The notes under the pieces were generated by a model. The model had not been told where the DNA came from and did not search any database. It was given only the letters and a program-made list of their open reading frames with translations. A DNA stretch of 47,280 nt from Myxococcota bacterium (lineage in GTDB: Bacteria > Myxococcota_A > UBA796 > GCA-2862545). Both the position numbers and the translations under genes were made by a program. Shown here piece by piece: positions 19,842 through 29,733 of this stretch (the first letter of the stretch is position 1; every line of letters starts with the position of its first letter). The stretch is taken from NCBI GenBank assembly GCA_039208735.1, contig JBCCQY010000058.1:1-47280 (forward strand), written 5' to 3'.

Positions 19842-22143
19842 CCACACGACCGGATCGCCCCGACGGTCCCTCGTTGCCATCGCGGCCCCGGGGCCCATCA
19901 CGGCCACTTGCACCTCGAGAGGCCGACGACCGGTACACGCTCTTTTCGGAGCCATCGGGCTGAGGCACCCGGCAGGACTTGCTTCCACCGCCGTTTCCAC
20001 CGGCTCCGCCTCGCCCTCCCGCGCCCCCGCGTCCGGCCTCGCCGCCGGCTCCTCCGAAGCTCGCGAAGTGACGGCGTACCCACGCCTCCATGCCGCGACA
20101 CCGATCGCCGCAATGCATGCGAACCGTCAGATCACCACCGGGCCCACCGGCCCCACCGTTGCCCCCCGCCCCACCTGGGCCCCCATCGGTACCGGGTGAA
20201 CCATCGGTCGCGTCCGTCTGGCAGGTCGCATCCAATCCTTCAGCGCCATTCACGCCATCGGGCCCGGGCAAACCCTCGGCACCGGCCGGCCCAGGCCCCC
20301 CCACTGTGATGACGGCGAACTTGCTGTCATTGGGTTCGATCACCATGGCGTAGCGACGAGCACCATTCACCGATTGGACGCCCACAAGCCTACGGCCATC
20401 GCTGATCGCATAGACGTCCGCAATCAGATCTGGCCCCCGCTGACCCAACCCACTGCCAAACCGCAACGGCGGAACCGGATCGACCACCACGTCGAGGTTC
20501 AGGGGCACCCGAGACCTGTACACCGAGATGGGGAGCGTCATGTGCATGCCCGATCGCCCAAACGCCACGACCTCGTCGATGGTGAGCCACGGGTGAATCA
20601 CGACCTGGCGGCCAACGGTCGAGGCCCGAGGGTGCAACAGCGAGACTTGGTCCGGATCCGCACACGCCATCTCGGGAAGGGATCCCGATCTAGGGCAAAG
20701 TTGCAGAGGCGATTCAAAACCTTCGAACTTCACTTCAAGCCCATCTAGATCGAAGGCACTCCCTCCGAGTGAGCCATCCGGATGTTCTACGACGAGCCGT
20801 GCGCCCCGTCGCTCGGGCGAGGCTGCGATGTGCAACCGTCGCACCGTCCGCGCGGAGACGAGACGTGCGGAGACCACAGGAATGGAGTTCGGAACCGGCC
20901 AGTAGCCGCGTTCCAAGACCGACGCCAACACCTCGTCGCGGCGCTCCCGCACCACGGCAAATGGGGACCGATCGATGTCTCTCGCCAAATCCGCAGCGTG
21001 GGCTTCGTTGCGAAGCGCAGGTTCGGGATGCAGTCGAGCCACCAACGCCAGGGTCTCGTCGTCGAAACTCGCGAGACGGGCTTGGGTGACCGGCGCTCCT
21101 TCCCAGGACCCCGTCTCGAGCTCGAAGGTGGCTCGAAGGTGCTGCAGCGCCGGTTCGGCGGGCAGCTTCGCCAATGTCTTGGCCAGCTTGGTGCGCGCCT
21201 TCGTCTCGAACTGAGCGCCTTGAGGGCGACTCGCCAGCATCTCGAGCACGACCGTTCGCGTCGATGGGTCGGCGCGCTTCAGGCGCTTGCGAGCCCCGTT
21301 GAGCAGGTCCGTCCACACCTCGGCGCGGGCGCCTGGCGACCAGTCGTCGTCGAGGTAGCCCAGGCAAGCCATGAGGATTTGCCCTACAAGCTGACCCGAC
21401 GCATGAAGCTCAATCAGGCGAACCCCGAGTTCCGGGGTTGCTTCCATGGTTCGAGGCCCGGATGGTCGCTTCGGATTGCACACCTCTGGATCGGCGTTGG
21501 CCTTTCGCAACTCCGCGAGCAAGGCCCGTTTGTTGAGATCGGGCGATGCCGAGGCATTGGCTCCATCGCGCCCCGACGGCCCAGCGTCGGTCGTGCCGTA
21601 GTCCAGTAGTGCATCGAGTTCGCGGCTGCGGGCCGTCCGAACCTGCTTTCGCTCCTCAGACGACAACGCAAGCCCCAGACCTTCCACGATGCGGTCCGCC
21701 GCGGCGTTGACGACCTCGAAGAACGCATCTTCGCCCAGTACGCTCACCAGATGGTCCGCTACGACGACGCGAGCGCTCTCGGTCTCTACGATGCGAAGGT
21801 TCACGGCCAAGGCGCCATCTTGAACGCCCACCAGCGAACCAAACACGAAGTAATCCGCCCCCGCGAGCTTTCCGGCCTTCACTGCGGTGGTACGGTCGAC
21901 GAGGTCAGACTGCTGCAGCGAGAGTTCACCGAGAATCGACTCCAGCTCGGCCCGTTCGACCAGCTGAACCGACGACAGCCCACCAAACTTGGACATGAGC
22001 ATCGTGGCCGCGCCGGGACCCGCCGCGTCGTAGCGCTCTTCGCCCGTAAAATTCTGAAGATCCGCGATGGCCAGGGTGGGCACGCCACCCGGAGCAGCCC
22101 ACGCCAATGAAGCCGCGATCCACCACGCCAACCAAACCCCCAT
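19822..22143 (-). CDS. secreted CsgG/TolB-N-like domain protein with C-terminal collagen-like Gly repeats
   Basis: Signal peptide; LVERAELESILGELSLQQSDLVD...AVKAGKLAGADYFVFGS; C-terminal G-x-y tracts. Confidence 0.78.
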   Translation of the reverse strand: MGVWLAWWIAASLAWAAPGGVPTLAIADLQNFTGEERYDAAGPGAATMLMSKFGGLSSVQLVERAELESILGELSLQQSDLVDRTTAVKAGKLAGADYFVFGSLVGVQDGALAVNLRIVETESARVVVADHLVSVLGEDAFFEVVNAAADRIVEGLGLALSSEERKQVRTARSRELDALLDYGTTDAGPSGRDGANASASPDLNKRALLAELRKANADPEVCNPKRPSGPRTMEATPELGVRLIELHASGQLVGQILMACLGYLDDDWSPGARAEVWTDLLNGARKRLKRADPSTRTVVLEMLASRPQGAQFETKARTKLAKTLAKLPAEPALQHLRATFELETGSWEGAPVTQARLASFDDETLALVARLHPEPALRNEAHAADLARDIDRSPFAVVRERRDEVLASVLERGYWPVPNSIPVVSARLVSARTVRRLHIAASPERRGARLVVEHPDGSLGGSAFDLDGLEVKFEGFESPLQLCPRSGSLPEMACADPDQVSLLHPRASTVGRQVVIHPWLTIDEVVAFGRSGMHMTLPISVYRSRVPLNLDVVVDPVPPLRFGSGLGQRGPDLIADVYAISDGRRLVGVQSVNGARRYAMVIEPNDSKFAVITVGGPGPAGAEGLPGPDGVNGAEGLDATCQTDATDGSPGTDGGPGGAGGNGGAGGPGGDLTVRMHCGDRCRGMEAWVRRHFASFGGAGGEAGRGGAGGRGGAGGNGGGSKSCRVPQPDGSEKSVYRSSASRGASGRDGPRGRDGNEGPSGRSGRVVIERVD

Positions 22144-22183
22144 GGGTCTGCCTCCACCTGCCTCGGGGCCCCCTTAGCTCGCC

Positions 22184-23476
22184 TCAGTGGCGATCGGGGG
22201 CTCGTGCGAGCGACGACCGCGGCGAAGGTGACGGGGGCCGCGAATGGGCCGTCCAGGGCGCAGCCATCGGCGGCGGGGGCGGGGTCAGGGCAGCGCCCTG
22301 AGTCTCGGTGAGCAGTCGACTGCCTTGCCCAATCCGGAATCGTTGCCCCCGCCACTCCACCGTGTCGCGAAACCAACCCACAATCCAGATACCGAGCACA
22401 AACGCATCCTTCAGCGGAATCGCCGCGATCTCGGTCAGCGTGGGGGCATGGCTCCGAAGCCGAGTCAGGAGCAACGCGTCCAGAGCCACCTTGCCGACGG
22501 CAGCCACCGCAAGCGCGCTCAATAGGTTCGGTGTCGCCATGCCCGCGAGGCTCACCACCCCGGCCAACGCGACCAACCACGGCAAGGGGTTCAGCAAGGG
22601 CTCGAGGAGGTAGATGGCCGGCGCGATGGACCGACGCATCTGTGCCCATCGCAAGTGCCGAGACACAAACCGCTGCATCGTCCAGGTCCGGTTTACCGTG
22701 CGGACGCGGTAGCTCGAGAGCACCACCCGCTGACCCGTCTGATGAACTGCCGCCCCTAAAACGTAGTCCTCACCCAGGAAGTCCGCGACGCGACTCCAAC
22801 CGCCAACCCGCAGCAACGCACTGCGTCGAACCAGCATCGACTTGCCAATGACCACCGGATGCTGAGCGATGACTTCGGCGCCGCACACCGCACCCACGAC
22901 AAAGCTGTTGAGGTGAAGGTTTTCGAGAACGGCTCCCAGATCGCCATCCCCGTCTCCCACCACGAGGTTCGAAATGGCTCCGACGCCCGGGTCCGCAAGC
23001 TCTGCGGCAAGGGAAGCCAGGTAGTCCGGCTCGACCTGGACGTTGGAATCTGAGATGAGCCAAGCGTCGTAGTGGGCCTGGGCCGAGAGCGCGGCGAGAT
23101 TCGCGACCTTCGGATTCACTCCTGACTCGTGATGACCGGCCACGATCCGAATCGCGTGGTTCGGGAAACGGCGCTGCAACCGACGGGCTACGACAAGGGC
23201 GGGATCGTCAGGATCCGCAGCTCCGAGAAGGATCTCGAAGGGCCCGTCATAGGCTTGGTTCACGATCGAGGCGAGGTTCGCTTCGAGATCGTCGTCGATG
23301 CCCTTCAGGGGTTTGAGGACCGAGATCCCGGGCTTCACCTTCGCCCACGGACGACGCCGCGAGAGCACCACGTGCGTGCTCACGTTGAACAGCGTCGTCA
23401 TGACACACGCAGCCAGGGCTCCAAGAGCCAACAACGCGATCGAAAACGGGAAGAGCGCAAACACGAGCCCACACAT
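22184..23476 (-). CDS. GT21 ceramide-glucosyltransferase / HpnI-like glycosyltransferase
   Basis: SVLKPLKG, NPKVANL, ISDSNV, GKS, LGEDY, RHLRWA and VEWRGQRF motifs with flanking TM helices; start position uncertain. Confidence 0.87.
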   Translation of the reverse strand: MCGLVFALFPFSIALLALGALAACVMTTLFNVSTHVVLSRRRPWAKVKPGISVLKPLKGIDDDLEANLASIVNQAYDGPFEILLGAADPDDPALVVARRLQRRFPNHAIRIVAGHHESGVNPKVANLAALSAQAHYDAWLISDSNVQVEPDYLASLAAELADPGVGAISNLVVGDGDGDLGAVLENLHLNSFVVGAVCGAEVIAQHPVVIGKSMLVRRSALLRVGGWSRVADFLGEDYVLGAAVHQTGQRVVLSSYRVRTVNRTWTMQRFVSRHLRWAQMRRSIAPAIYLLEPLLNPLPWLVALAGVVSLAGMATPNLLSALAVAAVGKVALDALLLTRLRSHAPTLTEIAAIPLKDAFVLGIWIVGWFRDTVEWRGQRFRIGQGSRLLTETQGAALTPPPPPMAAPWTAHSRPPSPSPRSSLARAPDRH

Positions 23477-23595
23477 ACGACTTCCGGCGCAGGTTGGCCC
23501 CCAGTGTCTCGCGCGGCTGGAACGTTTCACGGGGTCGTCCCAGACAAACGATCGGGATCGAGGCGCCCCGTTAGATGGGGGCCGCGAGGACGAGC

Positions 23596-26500
23596 ATGAC
23601 CGACGACCGCCCCTCGGCGGCCCACGACGCCCTGTTGCAAGCCCATCGGGATGCGCCGTCGTCGCACACGAGGGCTGCGTTGGTGGCCGCCATGGCGGTG
23701 GAGGCCGACCGCGCTGCAGACCTCGCCGATGCGGGGCAGCCGGATGCCGCCCGACGTGCATGGGGGCGAGCGCTACGTCTCGGTGAGGGAGCCTACCCGG
23801 ACGGCCACTCGACGTTGGCCCCCATCCATTCCGAGCTGGCCGAAGCCATGGAGATCGCGGGAAACCTCGATGCCGCCGTGGAGCAGTACCGGCGCGCGAT
23901 CGCCCGAGAAGGCGAGATGACGAAGCCCGCGCGGGCCGGACGCGCCCGGGCGAGGCTTGCCGTGCTCCTCCACCGACGCGGACAACTCGACCAAGCCGAA
24001 CCGCTCTACCGCCAAGCGCTGACGATCCTCACGCCGTTGACCGACGATCGCAGCGCCGGTCTTGCCGTGCTCATGAACAGCCTGGCCACGTTGCTGTGGC
24101 AAAAGGACCGTCTTCGCGAGGCCGTGACGCTGGCCGAACGCTCCTTCGCCATCGTCGAGGCCAACCACGCGCCCTCCGACGAAGTGCGGCTCACCCAGCA
24201 ACTCGATCTTGCACACATGCTGGAGCGATCGGGGCGCCCGCGCGATGCGGTGCCGCTCTACCGCGACGCCCTCGCTCATCGCACTCAGGCCCTGGGTCCC
24301 GACCATCCTGACCTCGGCCCCGTTTGGTTGGGGCTCGCGCACGCCTTGAACCGGGCGGATCGGCCCACGGAAGCGGTCGAGGCGTACCAACAGGCTTGGA
24401 CGCTGCTCCGAGCGCGCCACACCCCTCCCCATCCCACGCTGACCGGCGCCCTTCTAGGACTCGCCCACGTCCTGTGCCGCGACGAGCGTGTCGACGAAGC
24501 CGTCGAACGCCTGGAAGCCGAACTCAAGGAGCTGGAGTTCACCCTCGGCGCCGATCACCCAGAAGTCCAAGACACCGTCGACCACCTGGCGCAACTCCTC
24601 GAAGAATCCGGGCGCTACGAGCAGGCCGATGCATGGGTGCGCGCTTCGATGGAGCACCGTCCGCCTCGGCCCGAAGATGCCCTGACCCGCGGGCGGCTGC
24701 TCGAACGGATGGGGCGGCTGACCGAAGCTGAGACCTCCTTTCGACGTGCCCTCGACGCCCAGCCGTCCGGTCCGATCGCCACCACCGCCTGGATCGGCCT
24801 TGCCTCGGTGTGGTTGGGACTGGGTCGCACGGCCGAGGCCGAGCAGGCGGCACGGCGCGGCCTTGCCCAGGTCGATGACGCAGAGGGCGCCAAAGCCCTA
24901 CCGGCGTTGAACAACCTCGCCATGGTCCTGCGCTACACCGGCCGGTACGACGAAGCGGAACGCCGATACCGGCGGGCGCTGGGCCTGGCCATGCGCCACC
25001 TCGGTCCCGAGCACCCCCACACCGCGCTCGTCACCAACAACCTCGCCATGACCGTGCTTGCCGCAGGCAAACTCGAAGAAGCCGCTTCGTTATCTGGGCA
25101 CGCTCTTGCGCTGGCCGAACACACCCTCGGTCGGGATCATCCTCTCACGGTCGTCCGGCGCTCCAATCGCGGCGTGGTGCTTCGCCAACTGGGTCGCTTC
25201 GCCGAGGCAGAGGCATCGTTTCGGGAGGCCGAAGCCCGCCTGCGGGCCATTCGCCCCGAAGCCCACCCAGACCTCGGTACGCTCGCCAACAACCTGGGTG
25301 AGGTCCTGGCCGCCTCGGGTCGCCATGCCGAGGCCGAACGGTACTTCATGCGCGCCGTCCAAACCCACGCCACGGCCTACGGTTCCGATCATCCGTTGGT
25401 GGGCGCCGACTGGCTCAACCTGGCCCGACTCCGGGTCCGCCGGCGGCGCCTTCCCGAAGCGCATGTGGCCCTCGACCGGGCCCTTGCGATCGAGGAACTC
25501 GACCTGCGCCGCAACCTTCTGTACGGGTCGCCCGCCGATCGTCGGGCTCGCCTTGCGCAAATCGCGACAAGCACTGACGACGCCGTGACCTTGCACCTGC
25601 GTTGGCGGTCAAACAGCGAATCGTCCGCCCTCCTCGCGTTGCGTACCGTGTTGCGACGCAAGGGACGCGCCATCGAGGTGGAGCAGGACACGCTCGCCAC
25701 CATCCGTGAAGCTCCGCCGTCAAGCGCCTCAGTCAAGGCGCTGCAGACCCTTCGCGACCTTCGAAGCGCGTTGTCTCGGTTGGTGACCCAAGCCCCTTCC
25801 GACCCCGCGGCCTTTGAAGCGTGGCGCGCGGCCCAGGTGAACCTCGAAGTCCGAATCGCCGAACAAGAACGAGCGCTATCGGAGTTTGTCCCAGAGCTTC
25901 GGCATGGGCTCGACCCCGTGTCCGTTTCGGATGTCGCCAAAGCACTGGGTCCTAAGCGGGCGTTGCTCGAAATCGTGGTCTACCGGCCGCACGATTTTGA
26001 CACCGACCAGTTCGCGGCTCCGCGGGTCGCCGCGTACCTGCTGACCCTGAACGACGGCGCGGGAGAAGGTGGCATCCTCGCCCGCGACCTCGGACCACGA
26101 CAGGCCCTGGATGCAGCCGTGTCGGCCCTGCGGGCCACCATCCAGGACCGCGAAGAGGTCACCGCGCGCGCCCGGACGCTCTACCGCATGCTCATCGAGC
26201 CGTTCGCCATCGGTCTACAAGGCCGGAAGCAGCTCGTCGTCTCCTGCGATGGGATGGTGGGACTTGCGCCCCTCGATGTCGTACTCGAGGCGGGCGGTTC
26301 CACCCTGCCTGTCACGTACGTGACGTCGGGTCGAGACTTGTTGCGGGAACGTGAGTTTTCTGAACTGGGTCCACCCGTGGTCGTCTATGACGTGGACTAC
26401 GGACCCCGTGGGCCCTGGCGGCCCCTTCCGGGAGCCGCGTCAGAAGGGGCCCTCGTTCGTCGGGTGTTCAGTGCTGCCCGATCGCTCACGGGATCCGCCG

Positions 26501-27084
26501 CAACTGAGACGGCCGTAAAGGCGTTGGCTCGCCCAAAACTGTTGCACATCGCCACCCACGGCTACGTCGAACGGCGCGATGAAGACGAACCGCTTGAGGG
26601 GCCCAAGGGCGTTCCCCGCCTCCGCGGCCTTGGCGTCGAGGCCCTTCCGGACACGCCGCCTCACCCGAGTCTCCGTGCGGGACTCATCCTTGCAGGAGCC
26701 AACCGGCCCCCTCGCGGCAATGATGACGGGCGACTCACCGCAGCCGAGGTCGCATCGCTCGATCTTCGAGGCACGTCGTTGGTCGTGCTGTCCGCCTGTG
26801 AAACCGGAGTCGCCACGCCAGCGGACGGGGAAGGGATCGCCGGTCTGCGTCGAGCGCTCGTGGTGGCGGGGGCTCAAGCCCAGTTGTTGAGCCTCTGGCC
26901 CGTCGATGACGGAGCCACCGCCTTGCTCATGGCGGCTCTGTACGCCCGGCTGCGGCTGGGGCTGTCGGTCGGCGACGCCCTGGCCGAAGCGAAGTCGGAA
27001 CTGCGGAAGGACCCACGATTCGCCCACCCCTATCTGTGGGCGGCGTTTACCCTTTCGGGCGACCCCGACGTCACGCTCGGCTAG
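23596..27084 (+). CDS. TPR-repeat plus CHAT (caspase-like) protease
   Basis: Many LG-x-DHP TPR_12-type repeats; intact catalytic motifs LHIATHG and VVLSACETG; SLWPVDD; HPYLWAAF. Confidence 0.93.
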   Translation: MTDDRPSAAHDALLQAHRDAPSSHTRAALVAAMAVEADRAADLADAGQPDAARRAWGRALRLGEGAYPDGHSTLAPIHSELAEAMEIAGNLDAAVEQYRRAIAREGEMTKPARAGRARARLAVLLHRRGQLDQAEPLYRQALTILTPLTDDRSAGLAVLMNSLATLLWQKDRLREAVTLAERSFAIVEANHAPSDEVRLTQQLDLAHMLERSGRPRDAVPLYRDALAHRTQALGPDHPDLGPVWLGLAHALNRADRPTEAVEAYQQAWTLLRARHTPPHPTLTGALLGLAHVLCRDERVDEAVERLEAELKELEFTLGADHPEVQDTVDHLAQLLEESGRYEQADAWVRASMEHRPPRPEDALTRGRLLERMGRLTEAETSFRRALDAQPSGPIATTAWIGLASVWLGLGRTAEAEQAARRGLAQVDDAEGAKALPALNNLAMVLRYTGRYDEAERRYRRALGLAMRHLGPEHPHTALVTNNLAMTVLAAGKLEEAASLSGHALALAEHTLGRDHPLTVVRRSNRGVVLRQLGRFAEAEASFREAEARLRAIRPEAHPDLGTLANNLGEVLAASGRHAEAERYFMRAVQTHATAYGSDHPLVGADWLNLARLRVRRRRLPEAHVALDRALAIEELDLRRNLLYGSPADRRARLAQIATSTDDAVTLHLRWRSNSESSALLALRTVLRRKGRAIEVEQDTLATIREAPPSSASVKALQTLRDLRSALSRLVTQAPSDPAAFEAWRAAQVNLEVRIAEQERALSEFVPELRHGLDPVSVSDVAKALGPKRALLEIVVYRPHDFDTDQFAAPRVAAYLLTLNDGAGEGGILARDLGPRQALDAAVSALRATIQDREEVTARARTLYRMLIEPFAIGLQGRKQLVVSCDGMVGLAPLDVVLEAGGSTLPVTYVTSGRDLLREREFSELGPPVVVYDVDYGPRGPWRPLPGAASEGALVRRVFSAARSLTGSAATETAVKALARPKLLHIATHGYVERRDEDEPLEGPKGVPRLRGLGVEALPDTPPHPSLRAGLILAGANRPPRGNDDGRLTAAEVASLDLRGTSLVVLSACETGVATPADGEGIAGLRRALVVAGAQAQLLSLWPVDDGATALLMAALYARLRLGLSVGDALAEAKSELRKDPRFAHPYLWAAFTLSGDPDVTLG

Positions 27085-27461
27085 TCGTCGAGGCTGGCTC
27101 GCAACAACGCTTGGAGGAGTGCGAGGCGAAAGGCGGGATCCTCCTGGGTGCCCACCTTCCGCTCGAGCCAGCAGGCGCCGCACAGACCGTCGGCATCCCA
27201 CAGGTGAAGGGTCGTCCGAACGCCTCCGCAAGACGGCCGCTGGCCGATGCTCGCGATGGTGCCCACCCGGAGAACCTCGTCGGGCCTGCACGTTTGCCAA
27301 ACGCCATTGAGCCCACGACCGGCCGCACATAGGCCGAGGCCCCGCGCCCGGACCTGCTCAAGCACCCACTGAGCCCAGGCGATCGGCAGGGCCAAATCAT
27401 CGTCGTGAGGAGGTTCAACCGTCATGGACGGCAGGCGGTCCATCGCGAATCGTTTCACCAT
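27081..27461 (-). CDS. small Cys-containing hypothetical protein
   Basis: Fills the gap between the CHAT and HugZ-like genes, shares a CTAG stop with the CHAT gene, and has five Cys including CGAC; start uncertain. Confidence 0.45.
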   Translation of the reverse strand: MVKRFAMDRLPSMTVEPPHDDDLALPIAWAQWVLEQVRARGLGLCAAGRGLNGVWQTCRPDEVLRVGTIASIGQRPSCGGVRTTLHLWDADGLCGACWLERKVGTQEDPAFRLALLQALLRASLDD

Positions 27462-27479
27462 CAGGGCTCCCGGCTCTAA

Positions 27480-27500
27480 TGAATATGAAATTCATTTTCA
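27480..27500. promoter_or_regulatory. Fur-box-like palindrome
   Basis: TGAATATGAA-A-TTCATTTTCA (10-1-10, one mismatch). The inner 19-mer matches GATAATGATAATCATTATC at 14/19, in an AT-rich island upstream of a heme-utilisation gene. Confidence 0.7.
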
Positions 27501-27557
27501 ACAGAATACCCGAACCTCGAATCGCGTCAAGATGGCAGCAACCCTTGAGGTGCTCTC

Positions 27558-28322
27558 ATGTCGAACGATGCTCTTCCTGACGAGTTGTCTCCTGCTGCGA
27601 ACGCGCAGCAGTGGCTTTTGCAGAACCATGTGGCCACGTTGAGCACCACCGCGGTGCAAAACGGGCTGGATGGCTTTCCCTACGGCTCCGTGGCCCCGTT
27701 TGCGCTCGATGCGGTGGGGCACCCCGTGATCCTCATCTCCAGCCTCGCCGCGCACACCAAGAACCTGATTGCGGACCCGCGCGCCTCGCTCCTCGTACGC
27801 CAGCCCGATACTGGCGCAGACCCTCAGTCAGGCTGGCGCGTGACTTTGATGGGTCGATTTACAAGGGTTGAACGAGGCCATCCCGATCGCGAAGATCTGC
27901 ATGCTCGCTACGTGCAGCGCGTACCTGACGCGGTGGGGTACGAGCTGACCCACGACTTTGACTATTGGCGGATGTCTGACATCGTGAAGGCCCGCTACAT
28001 CGCAGGCTTCGGAAAAATCACTTGGTTGCCTGGCTCCGCGCTCACCGCCTCCGCGGACGAGCCGTGGAACGACGCAGCGGCGGGCGCAGTCACGCACATG
28101 AACGAAGATCACAGCGCCAACTTGATCGAGATGTGCCAAGGGATGTACGGGATCACACCCGCGCAGGCGACGATGACGAGTCTCGACCCTGACGGGTTCT
28201 TCGTTCGCACCGAGGGGCCGGATCGGTCCTGGTTCTTTCCCTTCGGTTCACGCATCTCCGCCGACGGCATTCGACTCGCCGTGATCGACGTCCTCAAGCG
28301 AGCTCGAGCGCGCGTCGCCTAA
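27558..28322 (+). CDS. HugZ-family split-barrel heme-utilisation protein with DUF2470 domain
   Basis: LST...GFPYGS, ISSLAAHTKNL-ADPRASL, DF-YWR, YIAGFGKITW and C-terminal HMNEDH...DPDGF. Confidence 0.88.
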   Translation: MSNDALPDELSPAANAQQWLLQNHVATLSTTAVQNGLDGFPYGSVAPFALDAVGHPVILISSLAAHTKNLIADPRASLLVRQPDTGADPQSGWRVTLMGRFTRVERGHPDREDLHARYVQRVPDAVGYELTHDFDYWRMSDIVKARYIAGFGKITWLPGSALTASADEPWNDAAAGAVTHMNEDHSANLIEMCQGMYGITPAQATMTSLDPDGFFVRTEGPDRSWFFPFGSRISADGIRLAVIDVLKRARARVA

Positions 28323-29258
28323 CTCGGGCTTGTGAAGCACGAGCAGGTCGCGCCAGATCGACTCCGACATGCGATGAGCCAGCTCGTGGTTGTGCACGAC
28401 CAGCCCTTGGTCTTGGAACACGCGTTCTAGCGCCGGCCGACGAGGCTGGAGTCGGTTGAAGATCAACACCATGGCGCCCCCGGGGGCCAGGGCTCGCGTC
28501 CAACCGGAGGCGCAGGCCTCAAGCAGGCGGATCGGGTTGCGCGTGCCTGCGGGGCCCGTGTGTTGAATGCCGTACGGCAAGTCGCTCACGATCAGAGAAA
28601 ATGACTTTGGCCCGATTAGATCACGAAGCTGGCGACTGTCACCGGTCACGAGCTGCACCTCGACCTCTCCAAATTGGGTCGCGACGAATCGTCCGATGCC
28701 GTCCTTGCGCTTTGGCCCCACCCAGCCGTGGCTCTGGCGGTGCTTGATCCGCAACAGCTGGGTCTGTCGTTTCACATGGCGCTGGACGTCCGCCAGCGCT
28801 TTCGGATCGCGTTCGACGCCCCAGGCGCTAAGCCCGTGACGCGCCGCCCAAAACAACGTGGTGCCGCGACCCGCCATGGGGTCCAGCAAGGTGTGAGGCC
28901 CCTCTGCGGTGCAGGTGGCGAGGGCCAGATTCAGACCGAGTTGGGTCACGAGTTCGTGGGTCTTGCCTCGGTACTTGGCGCCCCAGACCAGTCCGGCCGG
29001 CAGACCATAGCTCGGATCCCCCTCGAGCAGATGCAAGGCGTCATCGGCTGCACGAAACACCCCTTGCACAAACGATAAACGCGCGAGGTGAGAGGCTTCC
29101 GAAGACTCGAGATCAGCGTCGAGAAACACCAGCGAGCGACGGGCATCCACGGCGATCGAGACATCGGGGTACCGTGCTCGGAACTCTCCTTGAGCCACGG
29201 TCAGGGCGTCGGCAAAGTAGGCCCCCTCAGTTCGGGGATCCACGAGCAGTTTCAGCAT
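28248..29258 (-). CDS. TRM11/UPF0020-like SAM-dependent (RNA) methyltransferase
   Basis: YRGKT, LLDPMAGRGTTL (motif I) and IVSDLPYG (motif IV); start re-called at MLKLLV. Confidence 0.82.
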   Translation of the reverse strand: MLKLLVDPRTEGAYFADALTVAQGEFRARYPDVSIAVDARRSLVFLDADLESSEASHLARLSFVQGVFRAADDALHLLEGDPSYGLPAGLVWGAKYRGKTHELVTQLGLNLALATCTAEGPHTLLDPMAGRGTTLFWAARHGLSAWGVERDPKALADVQRHVKRQTQLLRIKHRQSHGWVGPKRKDGIGRFVATQFGEVEVQLVTGDSRQLRDLIGPKSFSLIVSDLPYGIQHTGPAGTRNPIRLLEACASGWTRALAPGGAMVLIFNRLQPRRPALERVFQDQGLVVHNHELAHRMSESIWRDLLVLHKPELGDARSSSLEDVDHGESNAVGGDA

Positions 29259-29292
29259 GGGACTCTCGTAGTCTTGTCGGATAGCTCTTGGT

Positions 29293-29733
29293 ATGCGACG
29301 CGTCCTGACCCTTCGCGCCCACCTTCTGCCCTGGCCTATTTGGCAAGAACCCATCACTGTCGGATGGCAGGCCGGTAGAGACGGATTCATCGAAGGGGTC
29401 CGCGACGCCGCAGGCGCTGTACTCGAGGGCACGATCGAGGCCGTAGAAGATCGAAACGGCCTCCCCGATTTCCGGGGTCCGCTCGTCCATGGGCGACCCT
29501 GTGAACGCTTCTTGTACGTGGCGTGGCGGACGGTGGCCTCCGAACCGCAACGATTTCGCAGACTAAAGCTGTTTCTTTCACCGGTAGAGCGTTCGACCTG
29601 GGTGCAGCCCGCCATTCCATGGTCAACGATCGAAGTGGGAGGGATCGAAGCGACCGTTCCGGGCGCCGAGCCTGACGGTACCCCCGCTTGTGGCAGCAAG
29701 CCAATCCGCTGGGCACCGATGAAAAGACCTTAA
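29293..29733 (+). CDS. DUF5990-like protein
   Basis: DFRGPLVHGRPCERFLYVAW...FRRLKL and DGTPAC motifs. Confidence 0.75.
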   Translation: MRRVLTLRAHLLPWPIWQEPITVGWQAGRDGFIEGVRDAAGAVLEGTIEAVEDRNGLPDFRGPLVHGRPCERFLYVAWRTVASEPQRFRRLKLFLSPVERSTWVQPAIPWSTIEVGGIEATVPGAEPDGTPACGSKPIRWAPMKRP

